DNA of 64,000 nucleotides from Escherichia coli. GTDB lineage: Bacteria > Pseudomonadota > Gammaproteobacteria > Enterobacterales > Enterobacteriaceae. The stretch lies in the NCBI RefSeq assembly GCF_003334765.1, contig NZ_QOWT01000003.1; one strand, 5' to 3'. The notes beneath the pieces are model-generated. The model was not told where the DNA came from. It saw only the letters and a list, made by a program, of their open reading frames with translations, and made no database searches. Position 1 is the first letter of the stretch; each line of letters starts with the position of its first letter. Position numbers and translations under genes: made by a program. Shown one piece after another: positions 25,037 to 37,978 of this stretch.

Positions 25037-25684
25037 ATGGAACGAAATAAACTTGCTCGTCAGATTATTGACACTTGCCTGGAAATGACCCGCCTGGGAC
25101 TGAACCAGGGGACAGCGGGGAACGTCAGTGTACGTTATCAGGATGGGATGCTGATTACGCCTACAGGCATTCCATATGAAAAACTGACGGAGTCGCATAT
25201 TGTCTTTATTGATGGCAACGGTAAACATGAGGAAGGAAAGCTCCCCTCAAGCGAATGGCGTTTCCATATGGCAGCCTATCAAAGCAGACCGGATGCCAAC
25301 GCGGTTGTTCACAATCATGCCGTTCATTGCACGGCAGTTTCCATTCTTAACCGATCGATCCCCGCTATTCACTACATGATTGCGGCGGCTGGCGGTAATT
25401 CTATTCCTTGCGCGCCTTATGCGACCTTTGGAACACGCGAACTTTCTGAACATGTTGCGCTGGCTCTCAAAAATCGTAAGGCAACTTTGTTACAACATCA
25501 TGGGCTTATCGCTTGTGAGGTGAATCTGGAAAAAGCGTTATGGCTGGCGCATGAAGTTGAAGTGCTGGCGCAACTTTACCTGACGACCCTGGCGATTACG
25601 GACCCGGTGCCAGTGCTGAGCGATGAAGAGATTGCCGTAGTGCTGGAGAAATTCAAAACCTATGGGTTACGAATTGAAGAGTAA
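25037..25684 (+). CDS. fucA: L-fuculose-1-phosphate aldolase (class II)
   Basis: 215-aa ORF recognised as FucA. Confidence 0.95.
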   Translation: MERNKLARQIIDTCLEMTRLGLNQGTAGNVSVRYQDGMLITPTGIPYEKLTESHIVFIDGNGKHEEGKLPSSEWRFHMAAYQSRPDANAVVHNHAVHCTAVSILNRSIPAIHYMIAAAGGNSIPCAPYATFGTRELSEHVALALKNRKATLLQHHGLIACEVNLEKALWLAHEVEVLAQLYLTTLAITDPVPVLSDEEIAVVLEKFKTYGLRIEE

Positions 25685-25711
25685 TTTCGTAAAGCAACAA
25701 GGAGAAGGATG

Positions 25712-26860
25712 ATGGCTAACAGAATGATTCTGAACGAAACGGCATGGTTTGGTCGGGGTGCTGTTGGGGCTTTAACCGATGAGGTGAAACGCCGTGGTTA
25801 TCAGAAGGCGCTGATCGTCACCGATAAAACGCTGGTGCAATGCGGCGTGGTGGCGAAAGTGACCGATAAGATGGATGCTGCAGGGCTGGCATGGGCGATT
25901 TACGACGGCGTAGTGCCCAACCCAACAATTACTGTCGTCAAAGAAGGGCTCGGTGTATTCCAGAATAGCGGCGCGGATTACCTGATCGCTATTGGTGGTG
26001 GTTCTCCACAGGATACTTGTAAAGCGATTGGCATTATCAGCAACAACCCGGAGTTTGCCGATGTGCGTAGCCTGGAAGGGCTTTCCCCGACCAATAAACC
26101 CAGTGTACCGATTCTGGCAATTCCTACCACAGCAGGTACTGCGGCAGAAGTGACCATTAACTACGTGATCACTGACGAAGAGAAACGGCGCAAGTTTGTT
26201 TGCGTTGATCCGCATGATATCCCGCAGGTGGCGTTTATTGACGCTGACATGATGGATGGTATGCCTCCAGCGCTGAAAGCTGCGACGGGTGTCGATGCGC
26301 TCACTCATGCTATTGAGGGGTATATTACCCGTGGCGCGTGGGCGCTAACCGATGCACTGCACATTAAAGCGATTGAAATCATTGCTGGGGCGCTGCGAGG
26401 ATCGGTTGCTGGTGATAAGGATGCCGGAGAAGAAATGGCGCTCGGGCAGTATGTTGCGGGTATGGGCTTCTCGAATGTTGGGTTAGGGTTGGTGCATGGT
26501 ATGGCGCATCCACTGGGCGCGTTTTATAACACTCCACACGGTGTTGCGAACGCCATCCTGTTACCGCATGTCATGCGTTATAACGCTGACTTTACCGGTG
26601 AGAAGTACCGCGATATCGCGCGCGTTATGGGCGTGAAAGTGGAAGGTATGAGCCTGGAAGAGGCGCGTAATGCCGCTGTTGAAGCGGTGTTTGCTCTCAA
26701 CCGTGATGTCGGTATTCCGCCACATTTGCGTGATGTTGGTGTACGCAAGGAAGACATTCCGGCACTGGCGCAGGCGGCACTGGATGATGTTTGTACCGGT
26801 GGCAACCCGCGTGAAGCAACGCTTGAGGATATTGTAGAGCTTTACCATACCGCCTGGTAA
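25712..26860 (+). CDS. fucO: L-1,2-propanediol oxidoreductase / lactaldehyde reductase (iron-containing ADH)
   Basis: ORF track starts one codon earlier (MMANRM); the recognised start MANRMILNETAWFGRG gives 382 aa. Confidence 0.95.
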   Translation: MANRMILNETAWFGRGAVGALTDEVKRRGYQKALIVTDKTLVQCGVVAKVTDKMDAAGLAWAIYDGVVPNPTITVVKEGLGVFQNSGADYLIAIGGGSPQDTCKAIGIISNNPEFADVRSLEGLSPTNKPSVPILAIPTTAGTAAEVTINYVITDEEKRRKFVCVDPHDIPQVAFIDADMMDGMPPALKAATGVDALTHAIEGYITRGAWALTDALHIKAIEIIAGALRGSVAGDKDAGEEMALGQYVAGMGFSNVGLGLVHGMAHPLGAFYNTPHGVANAILLPHVMRYNADFTGEKYRDIARVMGVKVEGMSLEEARNAAVEAVFALNRDVGIPPHLRDVGVRKEDIPALAQAALDDVCTGGNPREATLEDIVELYHTAW

Positions 26861-26914
26861 ATGCGCTGATGTGATAATGCCGGATACGACGTTTGCGGCG
26901 TATCCGGCTCGCCG

Positions 26915-27781
<867 letters not shown>

Positions 27782-29149
27782 TTAATCGCAGGCAACGATC
27801 TTCATTGCCAGGCCGCCGCGAGAGGTTTCGCGGTACTTGGCGTTCATATCTTTACCTGTTTCGTACATGGTTTCGATAACTTTATCGAGGCAGACGCGCG
27901 GCTCGCTGGTACGGCGCAGCGCCATACGTGCGGCGTTCACCGCTTTTACTGCCGCAATGGCGTTACGCTCGATGCATGGCACCTGTACCTGTCCGGCGAC
28001 CGGGTCACACGTCAGACCGAGGTTGTGCTCCATGGCGATTTCCGCCGCGATGCACACCTGCGCCGGGCTTGCGCCTAATAGTTCTGCCAGACCAGCCGCC
28101 GCCATTGAGCACGCCACGCCAACTTCACCCTGGCAACCCACTTCAGCACCAGAAATCGACGCGTTCATCTTATAAAGAGAACCAATGGCGCTGGCTACCA
28201 GCAGGTAACGAGCCAGTGAGTTAGCGTTCACTTCGCGGATAAACTTGTCGTAGTACGCCAGAACTGCCGGGATAATCCCGCACGCACCGTTAGTCGGCGC
28301 AGTCACCACGCGACCGCCAGCAGCGTTCTCTTCGTTCACTGCCAGTGCAAACATGTTGATCCAGTCAACAACCGCCATCGGGTCAGTGGTGGTTTTATCC
28401 TGGCTGACCAGCATCCGGCGTAGTGCCGCAGCACGGCGTGGAACGCGCAGTTTGCCAGGCAACACGCCTTCGGTGGAAATACCGCGCTCAATACCGCCGC
28501 GCATGACTTCCCAGACGTTCGCCAGGTGCTGTTCCAGCTCTTCTTTGCTGTGCAGCGCCAGCTCGTTTTTCATCATCAGGCCAGAGAGTGACAGCCCGGT
28601 TTCCTGACAATGTTTTTGCAGATCGGCTGCTGAACTGTACGGATAAGGAACTTCAACCGGTGCGCTATCCTGCTGGCCAAAATGCTCTTCATCAACGATA
28701 AAGCCACCGCCAATAGAGTAGTAAGTCTGGCTGTAAACGACTTTATCGCCCGCCAGCGCGGTAATGCGCATACCGTTTTCATGCAGAGAAAGGTTGTCGG
28801 CGTGGAAGTTCATGCACTGATCAACCGGGAACTCCACTTCATGCTGACCGTTTGCCAGCATCAGGCGACCATGAGTATTCACATCCTGAATAAAACTGGG
28901 GATGGAATCGATATCCACGGTATCCGGCAGGTTACCCGCCAGGCCCATAATAATGGCGATATCAGTGTGGTGGCCTTTACCGGTCAGAGAGAGCGAGCCG
29001 TACACGTCAACCACCACGCGGGTCACGTCTTTAAGCAGGTTACGGGCAATCAGATCGTCGGTAAATTGTTTACCCGCTTTCATTGGTCCAACGGTATGAG
29101 AACTGGAAGGGCCAATGCCGATTTTGAAAATATCGAATACGCTAATCAT
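27782..29149 (-). CDS. sdaB: L-serine dehydratase 2 (Fe-S)
   Basis: 455-aa ORF recognised as SdaB. Confidence 0.95.
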   Translation of the reverse strand: MISVFDIFKIGIGPSSSHTVGPMKAGKQFTDDLIARNLLKDVTRVVVDVYGSLSLTGKGHHTDIAIIMGLAGNLPDTVDIDSIPSFIQDVNTHGRLMLANGQHEVEFPVDQCMNFHADNLSLHENGMRITALAGDKVVYSQTYYSIGGGFIVDEEHFGQQDSAPVEVPYPYSSAADLQKHCQETGLSLSGLMMKNELALHSKEELEQHLANVWEVMRGGIERGISTEGVLPGKLRVPRRAAALRRMLVSQDKTTTDPMAVVDWINMFALAVNEENAAGGRVVTAPTNGACGIIPAVLAYYDKFIREVNANSLARYLLVASAIGSLYKMNASISGAEVGCQGEVGVACSMAAAGLAELLGASPAQVCIAAEIAMEHNLGLTCDPVAGQVQVPCIERNAIAAVKAVNAARMALRRTSEPRVCLDKVIETMYETGKDMNAKYRETSRGGLAMKIVACD

Positions 29150-29206
29150 AGGAAATACATCGCGTTAAAACGGAGGAAGCGCCGCCCGAAAGCGGCGCGA
29201 AAGGAC

Positions 29207-30496
29207 TTAGCTGAACAGAGAGTAGAAGATTGCGGAGATTGCAATCAGACCCATCACGACAACGAATACGTTGCTGATGTGACCGCTGTACTTACGCATT
29301 GCCGGTACTTTCTGAATTGCGTACATCGGCATCAGGAACAGGATCATCGCGATGATTGGACCGCCCAGGGTTTCAATCATACCCAGGATGCTCGGGTTCA
29401 GGGTGGCAACAATCCAGGTCGTTACCAGCATGAACAGCGCAGTGATACGGTTCAGCTTGTTGATTTCGATAGACTTACCTTTACCACGCAGAGATTTAAT
29501 CACCATACCGTTGAAGCCTTCACGTGCGCCCAGGTAGTGACCGAGGAAGGATTTGGTGATAGCGATAATCGCGATAATCGGAGCCATCCACGCGATAACC
29601 GGTGCGTTAAAGTGGTTAGCCAGGTAAGACAGAATCGAGATGTTCTGCTCTTTAGCCGCAGCCAGGTCTGCCGGAGTCAGGCTCAGTACACAGCTGAAGA
29701 CGAAGAACATTACGGTCAGCACCATCATGATGTGTGCGAATGCCAGGATCTTCGAGCATTTCTGTTCTGCCATATCGCCGTACTCTTCACGCTTCGCAAC
29801 GGCGAAAGAAGAGATGATCGGAGAGTGGTTGAACGAGAACACCATTACCGGAATTGCCAGCCACAGGGTCATCCACAGACCGTTTCCGGTTGCAGATGCA
29901 GTGTCCAGAGACAGCGTTTCCAGTGCAGCGCCGTTCCACTGCGGGATCAGGTACAGAGCCAGCAGCATCAGTACGCCAACAAACGGGAATACCAGAATAC
30001 TCATCGCTTTAACGATCATCTGCTCACCGAAGCGAACGATGGTCATCATACCCACGATCAGGATCAGCGACAGAATCGCACGCGGCGGTGGCGTCATACC
30101 CAGCTGGTGAGACATGAAGCTTTCAACGGTATTGGTGATTGCCACGCTATAAACCAGCAGGATCGGGTAGATAGCGAAGAAGTAGAGCAGGGTAATCAGT
30201 TTACCTGCGCCAATACCAAAGTGTTCTTCTACAACCTCGGTGATGTCTTCGCCCGGGTTTTTACCAGACAGTACGAAGCGAGTCAGGCCGCGGTGAGCAA
30301 AAAACGTCATCGGGAACGCAAGGATAGCCATGATGATCAGCGGGATCATACCGCCAACACCGGCGTTGATTGGCAGGAACAGCACGCCCGCGCCGATTGC
30401 CGTGCCGTAAAGGCCCAGCATCCACATGGTGTCTGTCTTGCGCCAGGCACTACGAGAGTCTTTCGACGCAATCGTGCTGGTTTGAGTCGTTTCCAT
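29207..30496 (-). CDS. sdaC: Serine:H+ symporter (HAAAP family)
   Basis: 429-aa polytopic membrane ORF recognised as SdaC. Confidence 0.95.
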   Translation of the reverse strand: METTQTSTIASKDSRSAWRKTDTMWMLGLYGTAIGAGVLFLPINAGVGGMIPLIIMAILAFPMTFFAHRGLTRFVLSGKNPGEDITEVVEEHFGIGAGKLITLLYFFAIYPILLVYSVAITNTVESFMSHQLGMTPPPRAILSLILIVGMMTIVRFGEQMIVKAMSILVFPFVGVLMLLALYLIPQWNGAALETLSLDTASATGNGLWMTLWLAIPVMVFSFNHSPIISSFAVAKREEYGDMAEQKCSKILAFAHIMMVLTVMFFVFSCVLSLTPADLAAAKEQNISILSYLANHFNAPVIAWMAPIIAIIAITKSFLGHYLGAREGFNGMVIKSLRGKGKSIEINKLNRITALFMLVTTWIVATLNPSILGMIETLGGPIIAMILFLMPMYAIQKVPAMRKYSGHISNVFVVVMGLIAISAIFYSLFS

Positions 30497-31052
30497 CTAT
30501 TTCTCCTGGAGGAATGCAAATAATTCAGCTTTTAGCCAGTTCAGCCCGGGAAGGTGCCTGACCGTAAAAATGAAATCTGTCTATCGGCGATGGCTTAATC
30601 ATTTACCGCCGTAATAATTTGAGGGCGGAAAGATACACACAAGTTATGTATCTATCAGTGATCTTGATCTCAAATACAATAATCTACTTGGAAGATAGAT
30701 TATCCCAACGCTTTACTCTGTAAATCAAAAGTAAAAGAGAATTTAAGGGCAATATTTGCCCATTAAACGACATCTGACTTCTTCCGGGGCGCGCAATATA
30801 TGTAGGTTGAACTGAAAAAATCAATACTTTTAGTTAATCATGGCGATAATTTCTTTTTCATAGCGATAAAATACGGTTTATGAAAATAGGGAAACGTTTG
30901 CGTTGCAACATAAATTGTATGACATATTAACTGTGATGATATTTGTCGCGTGAGGGTGGTAAGAAACATTCATATAACAAATGAAATGAGTTGATGAGTA
31001 AGTGACCAAAAACGAGAAAACCCGGCAACAAACGTCACCGGGGGAGCGGAGA

Positions 31053-32417
31053 TTACGTGCAGATTTCGTAGCAAGGGATGTAGGCTGAGCCTGGCAACTT
31101 CATACGATGCTGGGCAACAAAACCCTGTAGCAGGTCGTCCATACGACGCATAATCTCTTTATCGCCGTTGATTTTGTAAGGACCAAACTCTTCAATGGCG
31201 CGAATACCGACTTCTTTTACGTTACCCGCCACAATACCGGAGAACGCACGGCGCAGGTCGGCAGCCAGCACTTCAACAGGTTGATCCGGGTAAAGCTTCA
31301 GATTAGCCATATTCTCGTGAGACGGCTCAAACGGCATTTGCAAATCTGGCGCAATGCGCATTGACCAGTTAAAGCTGTAGGCATCGCCTGTATCACGGCG
31401 ATTTTCTTTCACCAGCGGCATCGATTTTTTCATCTGACGAGCGACTTCAGCTGCGTCATCAATGATGATGCGGTAATGGCGGCGCGCGTTTTCACCCAGC
31501 GTATGCACGACAAACTCGTCCAGTACGCGGAAGTAGTCGGCGCTCTCTTTCGGGCCGGTGAGGATCAATGGTAAAACCTGATCTTTGTTGGCCGGGTTCA
31601 TTAAAATTCCCAGCAAATAGAGCAACTCTTCTGCCGTACCCACACCGCCAGGGAAGATAATGATACCGTGAGCGATACGGACAAACGCTTCCAGACGTTT
31701 TTCGATATCTGGCATGATGATCAATTCGTTGACCAGCGGGTTAGGCGGTTCAGCGGCGATAATCGACGGCTCTGTCATACCAATAAAACGACTGTCTTTG
31801 TAACGCTGCTGCGCGTGTCCGACCGCAGCACCTTTCATCGGCGCTTCCATCGCTCCCGGACCACAGCCGGTGCAGATATTCAGCTCACGCAGGCCCAGCT
31901 GGTTTCCGACGCGACGGGCATACAAATACTCGTTTTCGTTAATTGAGTGACCGCCCCAGCAGACCACCATATTTGGCGCTTCACCCACATGCAGCGCGCG
32001 AGCGTTACGCAAGATGGAAAAGACCAGGTTAGTGATGTGGACGGAGTTGTCGAGATTCAGGTTGGGAAAACGAACGGTGTTATGGATTTGCCCGTAAACG
32101 AAGAGAATGTCACGCAGGACCGCGAACAAGTTGGCCTGCAAAGCGCGAATAATTCGCCCATCGACAAAAGCCTCTTCCGGGGGATTAATCAGTTCCAGCT
32201 TTACGCCGCGTTCACGGCGCAAGACGTTAATATCGAAATTTTCAAAACGAGACAGCAATTCTTTGCTGTTATCGGTCAAACTACCGGAGTTCAGTACGGC
32301 AAGTGAACAGTTGCGAAACAGTTGATAGAGGTCGCTGCTGGCGGTGCGTTTAAGCATATCCACTTCCAGCTGCGACAACATATCCATGGAGCCAAGCGGG
32401 CTAATATGTGTAATCAA
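31053..32417 (-). CDS. ppnN: Pyrimidine/purine nucleotide 5'-monophosphate nucleosidase (LOG-like)
   Basis: 454-aa ORF recognised as PpnN (YgdH); downstream hairpin plus T-run on the minus strand at about 31008-31045. Confidence 0.9.
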
Positions 32418-32528
32418 GAAAAACTCCTTATGGGACGAATATCGTCATTCCCTTTGATTACAATAGCCCTGCCTGATGACCTTTCACAACCTTCTGCGTG
32501 AATCCAGCACGCAAAATTGAGAAAAAAT

Positions 32529-33377
32529 TTATTGCCGAACCAGTCTTGTGGTCGATGGGACAAAATCGCTATTACTGCGCCACGGGTTAATGTCCAGACC
32601 GCCACGACGGGTATAACGTGCGTAAACGCTCAATTTTTCTGGCTGGCAGAAGCGTAACAGGTCATTAAAGATGCGTTCCACGCACTGTTCGTGGAACTCG
32701 TTGTGATGACGGAATGAGACCAGGTAACGCAGCAGTTTTTCTCTGTCAATTTGGCGTCCACGATACTGAATTTGGAGCGAACCCCAATCTGGTTGATGGG
32801 TGATCAGGCAGTTTGATTTCAGCAGGTGGCTGACAAGCGTCTCTTCCACTACTTTTTCACCACAGGTGGCATTCTCCAGATAGTCAGTAGTGAATTCATA
32901 GTTATCGATAGTGATATCCTGGTCATCAATGCAAGTGCCATTAAAATGACCTATCGGCTGGCCTTCCAGTTCATCAAGACGATATAACGCCACGCTAATC
33001 TTACCCTGAGCGCAAGTGCTTAAGTCGCGCTCCAGCGTCTGGCGCACCTCATCCCAGTTATTAAAACGCGTCTGGTTAAAACTGTTGAGATAGAGCTTAA
33101 AACTCTTCGACTCAATCAGATTTACGCTGGTGTAATCAAGTTCAACATGACCGACAGCGACCTGCGGCAAACCTTTCGCATTCAGCCAGGAAAGTTCATA
33201 CAGCGTCCAGATATCCGTACCGTGAAAAGGCAGGTTATCCGCTTTCAGACCCAGCGGGTCGCGATTCAGGCTGCGTGGAACGCCTTGCAGTAGGCTGGCG
33301 TCATAGGTATCCCGGTAATCGGTTGATTTTCCAAGAGTCAGGCCCGCAAGTGCCTGATGGTTTGCATAAGAAGACAT
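32529..33377 (-). CDS. queF: NADPH-dependent 7-cyano-7-deazaguanine reductase (queuosine pathway)
   Basis: 282-aa ORF recognised as QueF. Confidence 0.92.
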   Translation of the reverse strand: MSSYANHQALAGLTLGKSTDYRDTYDASLLQGVPRSLNRDPLGLKADNLPFHGTDIWTLYELSWLNAKGLPQVAVGHVELDYTSVNLIESKSFKLYLNSFNQTRFNNWDEVRQTLERDLSTCAQGKISVALYRLDELEGQPIGHFNGTCIDDQDITIDNYEFTTDYLENATCGEKVVEETLVSHLLKSNCLITHQPDWGSLQIQYRGRQIDREKLLRYLVSFRHHNEFHEQCVERIFNDLLRFCQPEKLSVYARYTRRGGLDINPWRSNSDFVPSTTRLVRQ

Positions 33378-33444
33378 GTTTCACCGTCATAAACCAGATA
33401 AACTAAACGACAAGTGTATCTGGTTTAAGTGAAGAGAGAAATTA

Positions 33445-33990
33445 GTGGACGATTTGACCGCACAAGCCCTGAAAGATTTTACTGCACGCTACTGCGATGC
33501 GTGGCATGAAGAGCATAAAAGCTGGCCGTTAAGTGAGGAACTGTACGGTGTTCCTTCACCGTGCATTATTTCAACTACCGAAGATGCCGTATACTGGCAA
33601 CCCCAGCCGTTTACCGGGGAACAAAATGTAAACGCGGTTGAACGCGCTTTTGATATTGTGATACAACCCACAATTCATACCTTTTATACGACTCAGTTTG
33701 CCGGGGATATGCACGCGCAGTTTGGCGATATCAAACTGACATTGCTGCAAACCTGGAGTGAAGACGACTTCCGTCGGGTGCAGGAAAATCTGATTGGTCA
33801 TCTGGTGACTCAGAAAAGGCTAAAACTGCCGCCCACACTATTTATCGCGACGCTGGAAGAAGAGTTAGAGGTCATCTCGGTGTGTAATCTCTCCGGTGAA
33901 GTGTGCAAAGAGACGCTGGGAACACGTAAACGGACGCATTTAGCCTCAAATCTTGCGGAATTCCTTAATCAACTTAAGCCTCTTCTGTAA
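33445..33990 (+). CDS. syd: SecY-interacting protein Syd
   Basis: 181-aa ORF recognised as Syd. Confidence 0.9.
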
Positions 33991-34009
33991 TCCAAATACC
34001 CCATCTGGT

Positions 34010-34027
34010 TGTGAGAGATCTCTTACA
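34010..34027. promoter_or_regulatory. UvrY (SirA) response-regulator box upstream of csrB
   Basis: Near-perfect 18-bp palindrome TGTGAGAGATCTCTTACA seen in sequence about 175 bp upstream of the csrB start. Confidence 0.85.
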
Positions 34028-34200
34028 GACTCTGTAGGAGATCGCCAGGAAATAAGCGAATACTTAAAAAGATAAGAATCGTTATTTTCATTTAAAATCA
34101 AAATGTTGATTGTTAATTCTTAACTTTCATATGAAATTTTCCTTAAGGCATTGTCTGTAAGCGCCTTGTAAGACTTCGCGAAAAAGACGATTCTATCTTC

Positions 34201-34569
34201 GTCGACAGGGAGTCAGACAACGAAGTGAACATCAGGATGATGACACTTCTGCAGGACACACCAGGATGGTGTTTCAGGGAAAGGCTTCTGGATGAAGCGA
34301 AGAGGATGACGCAGGACGCGTTAAAGGACACCTCCAGGATGGAGAATGAGAACCGGTCAGGATGATTCGGTGGGTCAGGAAGGCCAGGGACACTTCAGGA
34401 TGAAGTATCACATCGGGGTGGTGTGAGCAGGAAGCAATAGTTCAGGATGAACGATTGGCCGCAAGGCCAGAGGAAAAGTTGTCAAGGATGAGCAGGGAGC
34501 AACAAAAGTAGCTGGAATGCTGCGAAACGAACCGGGAGCGCTGTGAATACAGTGCTCCCTTTTTTTATT
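34201..34569 (+). ncRNA. csrB: CsrB sRNA, CsrA-sequestering decoy
   Basis: About 369 nt beginning GTCGACAGGGAGTCAGACAACGAAG with roughly 18-22 GGA motifs, mostly CAGGA(U/A)G in predicted loops; ends in hairpin GGGAGCGCTGTGAATACAGTGCTCCC plus T7. Confidence 0.93.
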
Positions 34570-34611
34570 CCTGCTATCCTTCGCGGCAGTTTTTCTTATT
34601 GAGGTTGCTTT

Positions 34612-34941
34612 ATGACCACTCATGACCGCGTTCGTCTCCAGTTGCAGGCGCTTGAAGCGTTACTGCGTGAACATCAGCACTGGCGAAACGATGAACCCCA
34701 GCCGCATCAATTTAATAGTACCCAACCGTTCTTTATGGACACCATGGAACCACTGGAGTGGTTGCAGTGGGTGCTGATCCCGCGAATGCACGATTTGTTA
34801 GATAACAAACAGCCGTTACCGGGCGCTTTTGCCGTTGCACCCTATTATGAAATGGCGCTGGCGACGGACCATCCGCAACGCGCGCTTATTCTGGCTGAGC
34901 TGGAAAAACTGGATGCTCTTTTTGCGGATGATGCGAGCTAA
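34612..34941 (+). CDS. yqcC: DUF446-family protein
   Basis: 109-aa ORF recognised as YqcC; stop overlaps truC start (TAATG). Confidence 0.85.
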   Translation: MTTHDRVRLQLQALEALLREHQHWRNDEPQPHQFNSTQPFFMDTMEPLEWLQWVLIPRMHDLLDNKQPLPGAFAVAPYYEMALATDHPQRALILAELEKLDALFADDAS

Positions 34942-35723
34942 TGCTGGAAATACTCTATCAGGATGAATGGCTGGTTGCGGTAAATAAACCCTCCGGCTGG
35001 CTGGTTCACCGCAGCTGGCTGGATCGCGACGAGAAAGTAGTGGTCATGCAAACCGTGCGTGACCAGATAGGCCAGCATGTTTTTACTGCTCATCGTCTGG
35101 ACCGACCCACTTCTGGTGTGTTGTTGATGGGATTATCCAGCGAGGCCGGACGGCTGCTGGCACAACAGTTTGAACAGCACCAAATCCAGAAACGTTACCA
35201 TGCGATTGTGCGCGGCTGGTTGATGGAAGAAGCGGTGCTGGATTATCCACTGGTGGAAGAACTGGACAAAATCGCTGATAAATTTGCCCGCGAAGATAAA
35301 GGCCCGCAGCCAGCAGTGACGCATTATCGCGGTCTGGCGACCGTAGAAATGCCGGTAGCGACCGGACGTTACCCGACCACGCGCTACGGCCTGGTGGAAC
35401 TGGAGCCGAAAACCGGACGCAAACATCAGCTTCGCCGACATCTTGCCCATTTGCGTCATCCGATTATTGGCGATAGCAAACATGGCGATTTACGCCAGAA
35501 TCGCAGCGGTGCTGAGCATTTTGGCCTCCAGCGGTTAATGCTACATGCCAGTCAGTTGTCATTGACGCATCCTTTTACTGGCGAGCCGCTGACTATTCAC
35601 GCGGGCCTGGACGACACCTGGATGCAGGCGTTATCACAATTTGGCTGGCGCGGTCTGCTTCCTGAAAATGAAAGGGTTGAGTTCAGTGCGCCATCGGGTC
35701 AGGATGGAGAGATAAGTTCCTAA
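34941..35723 (+). CDS. truC: tRNA pseudouridine(65) synthase
   Basis: 260-aa ORF with catalytic motif [11 protein letters not shown]; recognised as TruC. Confidence 0.92.
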
Positions 35724-35740
35724 TCCAGGGAGAAAACGGT

Positions 35741-36190
35741 ATGGCGGAAATTGGTATTTTTGTCGGCACCATGTACGGGAATTCACTGTTAGTGGCCGAA
35801 GAAGCGGAAGCGATTCTGACCGCGCAGGGCCACAAAGCAACGGTATTTGAAGATCCTGAATTAAGCGACTGGCTGCCCTATCAGGATAAGTATGTTCTGG
35901 TGGTTACGTCCACGACCGGGCAGGGCGACCTTCCTGATAGCATTGTGCCACTCTTTCAGGGAATCAAAGATAGTCTGGGCTTCCAGCCGAATCTGCGTTA
36001 TGGCGTGATTGCGCTCGGCGACAGTAGTTATGTGAATTTCTGCAATGGCGGCAAACAGTTCGATGCCTTGTTGCAGGAACAGAGCGCTCAGCGGGTTGGC
36101 GAAATGCTGTTGATTGACGCCAGTGAGAACCCGGAACCGGAAACGGAATCAAATCCGTGGGTCGAACAGTGGGGCACGCTGTTGTCCTGA
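35741..36190 (+). CDS. yqcA: Flavodoxin-like FMN-binding protein
   Basis: 149-aa ORF with flavodoxin fold signature; recognised as YqcA. Confidence 0.88.
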
Positions 36191-36624
36191 TATGTTCAGC
36201 GAGCGGTAAATGTCGTTTTAGCGGTGCTGAATCGAATCTTTTCAGGCAAATGTCAGTAAAAACTGCTTCATAGCGCGGATTTTTACTGGCGTTTGCCTGG
36301 AGTCAAGCGATCCATTTCATACTCTTCTTTATTTCTTCGTTTTAACCCTTCCTTTCTTGTTCTTGTTTTCATTTCCGTGAAGTGGATTCCACCGTCCAGG
36401 GCTAATGCCAAAATCGGGCCTCATTGAACGCATTAATGTTGTGTTGTTGCACGGTGAGCCGCTATGGCGCGCTTTTTATACTGCTATTGCCAGATATAAA
36501 CACGCGCCGTATTCGGCGAACGACCTATAAAAACGGCAAAAAACACCCTACGTCACCTCTGATTTCCTGGCGATGTCGCAGTCCAGAGTGAGCGTGGCTA
36601 ACGCGAATTTTCAGGAGTGCAACA

Positions 36625-37977
36625 ATGAGTTCTTTAAGTCAGGCTGCGAGCAGTGTGGAAAAACGCACAAATGCTCGTTACTGGATAGTGGTGATGTTGT
36701 TTATCGTCACATCCTTCAACTACGGCGACCGCGCTACGCTCTCTATCGCCGGTTCGGAAATGGCCAAAGATATCGGCCTTGATCCCGTGGGAATGGGCTA
36801 TGTGTTCTCTGCTTTCTCATGGGCTTATGTTATCGGGCAGATCCCTGGTGGCTGGTTGCTGGACCGTTTTGGTTCAAAACGCGTCTACTTCTGGTCGATC
36901 TTTATCTGGTCGATGTTTACCTTGCTGCAAGGCTTCGTCGATATCTTTAGTGGATTCGGCATTATCGTTGCCCTGTTTACGCTGCGCTTCCTGGTCGGGC
37001 TTGCTGAAGCGCCATCTTTCCCCGGCAACAGTCGCATTGTTGCGGCCTGGTTTCCGGCGCAGGAAAGGGGAACGGCGGTGTCGATTTTTAACTCCGCTCA
37101 ATACTTCGCAACGGTGATCTTCGCGCCGATTATGGGCTGGCTGACGCATGAAGTGGGCTGGTCACACGTCTTCTTCTTTATGGGCGGTCTGGGGATTGTC
37201 ATCAGCTTTATCTGGTTGAAAGTCATCCACGAGCCAAATCAACATCCGGGGGTAAATAAGAAAGAGCTGGAGTACATCGCCGCGGGTGGTGCGCTGATCA
37301 ATATGGATCAGCAAAACACCAAAGTTAAAGTGCCGTTCAGCGTGAAGTGGGGGCAGATCAAACAGCTGCTAGGGTCACGGATGATGATCGGCGTTTATAT
37401 CGGTCAGTACTGTATCAACGCCCTGACTTACTTCTTTATTACCTGGTTCCCGGTTTATCTGGTGCAGGCACGCGGGATGTCGATTCTGAAAGCGGGCTTT
37501 GTGGCTTCCGTGCCGGCGGTTTGCGGTTTTATCGGCGGTGTGCTGGGTGGGATTATTTCCGACTGGCTGATGCGCCGCACGGGATCGCTGAACATTGCGC
37601 GTAAAACACCGATCGTAATGGGCATGTTGCTGTCGATGGTGATGGTGTTCTGCAACTACGTCAACGTTGAGTGGATGATCATCGGCTTTATGGCGCTGGC
37701 CTTCTTCGGTAAGGGCATCGGGGCGCTGGGTTGGGCAGTAATGGCAGATACCGCGCCAAAAGAGATCAGCGGTCTTTCCGGTGGCCTGTTCAACATGTTC
37801 GGTAACATTTCTGGCATCGTCACGCCAATCGCAATTGGTTATATCGTTGGCACGACTGGCTCGTTTAATGGGGCGCTGATTTATGTTGGTGTTCATGCCT
37901 TAATCGCGGTACTGAGCTACCTGGTGCTGGTGGGCGATATCAAGCGTATCGAGTTGAAACCTGTTGCGGGGCAATAA
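36625..37977 (+). CDS. gudP: Glucarate/galactarate transporter (MFS)
   Basis: 450-aa polytopic membrane ORF recognised as GudP. Confidence 0.92.
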   Translation: MSSLSQAASSVEKRTNARYWIVVMLFIVTSFNYGDRATLSIAGSEMAKDIGLDPVGMGYVFSAFSWAYVIGQIPGGWLLDRFGSKRVYFWSIFIWSMFTLLQGFVDIFSGFGIIVALFTLRFLVGLAEAPSFPGNSRIVAAWFPAQERGTAVSIFNSAQYFATVIFAPIMGWLTHEVGWSHVFFFMGGLGIVISFIWLKVIHEPNQHPGVNKKELEYIAAGGALINMDQQNTKVKVPFSVKWGQIKQLLGSRMMIGVYIGQYCINALTYFFITWFPVYLVQARGMSILKAGFVASVPAVCGFIGGVLGGIISDWLMRRTGSLNIARKTPIVMGMLLSMVMVFCNYVNVEWMIIGFMALAFFGKGIGALGWAVMADTAPKEISGLSGGLFNMFGNISGIVTPIAIGYIVGTTGSFNGALIYVGVHALIAVLSYLVLVGDIKRIELKPVAGQ

Positions 37978-37978
37978 G

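Noticed and set aside
28682-30523. 613-aa ORF on the plus strand, antisense to sdaB and sdaC
   Set aside because: Entirely overlaps two well-supported genes on the opposite strand. Its translation is low-complexity and His/Arg/Gln-rich with no recognisable domain, as expected for the antisense frame of strongly codon-biased genes. No plausible promoter or ribosome-binding site.
36394-36405. 12-mer TCCAGGGCTAAT shared between the gudP upstream region and the CRISPR leader (54069-54080)
   Set aside because: Chance 12-mer matches are expected many times in a 64-kb window; there is no extended similarity around either copy.
36573-36782. 69-aa ORF upstream of and overlapping the gudP start
   Set aside because: Overlaps the start of gudP in another frame, has no recognisable domain or ribosome-binding site, and lies in what is most likely the gudP promoter and leader.
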